From Planctomycetota bacterium (GTDB lineage: Bacteria; Planctomycetota; GCA-002687715; DRQF01): DNA of 17,540 nt. The translations under genes were made by a program, and so were the position numbers. Below are positions 15,509 to 17,540 of the stretch, in pieces (position 1 is the first letter of the stretch; each line of letters starts with the position of its first letter). The notes beneath the pieces are model-generated. The model did not search any database. It had not been told where the DNA came from and worked only from the letters and a program-made list of their open reading frames with translations. The stretch lies in assembly GCA_036479435.1 (NCBI GenBank), contig JAZGFI010000058.1, forward strand, positions 1-17,540, in the 5' to 3' direction.

Positions 15509-16648
15509 ATGGTCAAACTGGCACCAAAGCAGTCGTCCGTACCCCTTCCCGTCAGGGTTATTGGGATGTTCGGCCTGCTTTACGCGTTCTTAGTTTCCAT
15601 TGGCCTCATGAGCACAGCCTTCAAGCTTTTGGGCCAAGCCAGCGCGAACGGCCTCTTCGAGGGCTTGGAATCGCCGTTCGCAGGATTTGCGGTCGGAATC
15701 CTCGCCACGGTTTTACTGCAGTCAAGTTCGGCCACGACCTCCTTAGTGGTCGCCGCCGTCAGTGCCGGGCAACTCGAACTCGACGTCGCGGTCTTCACCA
15801 TCATGGGCTGCAACATTGGGACGACCGTCACCAACACCCTCGTCTCCATGGGGCACGTTCGTCACGATGCTGAATTCCGCCGCGCCTTCGCGGGAGCCAC
15901 CATGCACGACTTCTTCAATCTCATGGCGGTCCTCATTTTCTTCCCGCTCGAAATGGCGACCGGCGTGCTGAAGTCGGCTGCGGGCTGGACCAGTCATCTA
16001 CTTGCCGGCGACGACTCCATGGGCGGTAAGATGCCGAACCCCATCAAGTCGGGGGTCAAGTTTGTCACCGAGCCACTTAAGTCTTTCGTGACCGAGGACC
16101 TCGGGTTCGGCACGACGACCGGCGGCATCATCTTGCTCGTTCTCGCCCTGACAATCGTGTTCTTTTCGCTCATCTTCATCACGAAGACGATGCGTTCACT
16201 CATGGCCGAACGCCTGGAGAAGACGCTCAACAAGATCTTGGCCCGCAGCGGTATCGCCGCTATCGCGATCGGAGCCATTCTCACGATTTCCGTACAGTCC
16301 TCGAGTATTGTCACCTCATTGATGATCCCGCTGTTCGCGGCGGGGATCTTGAAGCTCGAGAACGGTTTTCCCGTCACGCTTGGTGCCAACATCGGCACCA
16401 CCGTCACCGCTTTGTTGGCCGCATTAACCGGCTCCGTCGATGGGCTGACGATCGCCTTCGTCCACCTGTTTTTCAATCTCTCAGCGACGCTATTGATCTA
16501 TCCAATTCCAGCGCTGCGACGTATTCCGGTGCGTCTAGCCGTTAAGCTGGCGGATGTCACCGCCTCGAATCGACTCTACGCCCTCGCCTACATGATTATC
16601 GTGTTCGTGATTTTGCCACTGCTCGGCACCATTATCTTTAAGAGCTAA
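15509..16648 (+). CDS. nptA: Na+/phosphate symporter (NptA / SLC34-like, PNaS family)
   Basis: Two repeats, LLQSSSATTS...IMGCNIGTTVT and SVQSSSIVTS...TLGANIGTTVTA, plus AFAGATMHDFFN and IAFVHLFFN. Start ATG 15509 assumed. Confidence 0.92.
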   Translation: MVKLAPKQSSVPLPVRVIGMFGLLYAFLVSIGLMSTAFKLLGQASANGLFEGLESPFAGFAVGILATVLLQSSSATTSLVVAAVSAGQLELDVAVFTIMGCNIGTTVTNTLVSMGHVRHDAEFRRAFAGATMHDFFNLMAVLIFFPLEMATGVLKSAAGWTSHLLAGDDSMGGKMPNPIKSGVKFVTEPLKSFVTEDLGFGTTTGGIILLVLALTIVFFSLIFITKTMRSLMAERLEKTLNKILARSGIAAIAIGAILTISVQSSSIVTSLMIPLFAAGILKLENGFPVTLGANIGTTVTALLAALTGSVDGLTIAFVHLFFNLSATLLIYPIPALRRIPVRLAVKLADVTASNRLYALAYMIIVFVILPLLGTIIFKS

Positions 16649-16666
16649 TAAGGAAGCCCCAAAACG

Positions 16667-17323
16667 ATGTTCGACTGGATGAAGAACCTCGGTGGTGAGG
16701 CCCCGGGCCTGCACTCGATGCTCGAAAGATTCGCGGAGATGATCAGCAACGGCCGCCACATGTTTGACTTGGCGAGCAACGCCGTCATGGGCGGGGCCGA
16801 CGCCGAGGTCGTTCGAAGCGACCTGTTTGAAACAGACAAAAAAATCAACCACGGTGAGCAACAGCTACGCCGCGATCTTGTCGTCCACGCCACCGTACAC
16901 GGCAGCTCGACTTTTCCGACTTGCCTGGTGTTGATGAGCATCGCGAAAGATGCCGAGCGCATCGGCGACTATTGCAAAAACCTCTACGACATCGCCGAGC
17001 GCCGCCCGTTGCGCCGTGATGATCCGGACTACGACGAGTTCAAGGCGATCAAAGAAGAGACTTCGACTTTGCTCGGCGAGCTCCTTTCGGTCTACGTTTC
17101 ACAAGATGAAACAGCCGCCAAGACCTTTCTGTTGAAGGCGGAAAAAGTCGAAGACCGCTGCGACCGCTACGTCGATCATTTAGTCCGCACCGAAGGTGGC
17201 AGTGTCCGTGTTGTCCAAGCCCTCGGCGCTCGTCACATGAAGCGCATCGCGGCCCACGCCAAAAACATCGTGACTTCGGTGGTCATGCCGATCGACAAGC
17301 TCGACTACTTCGACGAGCACTAA
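16667..17323 (+). CDS. PhoU-domain protein (phosphate uptake regulator)
   Basis: All-helical two-repeat pattern: TDKKINHGEQQLRR, IAKDAERIGDYCKNL, AEKVEDRCD, RHMKRIAAHAKNI. RBS AAGGAAG; starts 18 nt after the symporter stop. Confidence 0.85.
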   Translation: MFDWMKNLGGEAPGLHSMLERFAEMISNGRHMFDLASNAVMGGADAEVVRSDLFETDKKINHGEQQLRRDLVVHATVHGSSTFPTCLVLMSIAKDAERIGDYCKNLYDIAERRPLRRDDPDYDEFKAIKEETSTLLGELLSVYVSQDETAAKTFLLKAEKVEDRCDRYVDHLVRTEGGSVRVVQALGARHMKRIAAHAKNIVTSVVMPIDKLDYFDEH

Positions 17324-17331
17324 ACCTGCTA

Positions 17332-17434
17332 TACGGAGTCAGACTATATTCTCCCGCTTTTTTAGGTCTGACCTAAAAAAGCGGGAGAATTTAGTCTGAC
17401 TCCGTACAACCTAAAAAAGCGGGAGAATTTAGTC
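17332..17434. repeat. REP/MITE-like palindromic repeat cluster (three copies of one unit)
   Basis: 36-bp arms 17332-17367 and 17371-17406 are reverse complements with 1 mismatch and a 3-nt loop. 17409-17434 is an exact 26-bp direct copy of 17371-17396. Confidence 0.85.
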
Positions 17435-17540
17435 GTCGGGTAGACCAGGGAGATTTTTCTCCCCAGCCCCCCACAGATCCGGACGTGCGCGATTGACGCA
17501 TCCGGCTCCTCGTTAGACGGGTTCGCTAAGTGATGAGGAC

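Noticed and set aside
17332..17434. CRISPR array, suggested by a 36-bp unit and a Cas4-like gene in the window
   Set aside because: The units are inverted or abutting with only 2-3 nt between them, there are no spacers, and no cas1/cas2 is present.

Overview
Chromosomal window from a moderately GC-rich bacterium; the style of the surface proteins suggests Planctomycetota (inference only). It holds 17 credible protein-coding genes: a 5'-truncated, very acidic Gly-rich surface protein; acyl-CoA dehydrogenase; a minus-strand isochorismatase / hot-dog thioesterase / FabL-type enoyl-ACP reductase operon; a stand-alone Cas4/AddB-like PD-(D/E)XK nuclease; an orphan PhoB/OmpR-family regulator; three uncharacterised envelope genes; rpmG; YqgE/AlgH; RecQ; a DUF2871-like membrane protein; a second secreted protein; and a Na+/Pi symporter plus PhoU-domain gene. 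I see no tRNA, rRNA, CRISPR array, integrase or transposase. The most notable signals are: (i) the two surface proteins ~11.5 kb apart look like paralogues built from a shared beta-sandwich plus nidogen(NIDO)-like module; (ii) a heavily structured ~200-nt leader with mutually exclusive helices upstream of rpmG; (iii) a 36-bp-arm palindrome with a third partial copy (REP/MITE-like) after phoU; (iv) an exact 18-bp duplication of the rpmG 3' end; (v) a palindromic and repeated operator-like motif upstream of the phosphate transporter. All assignments are by-eye motif recognition; no searches were run.
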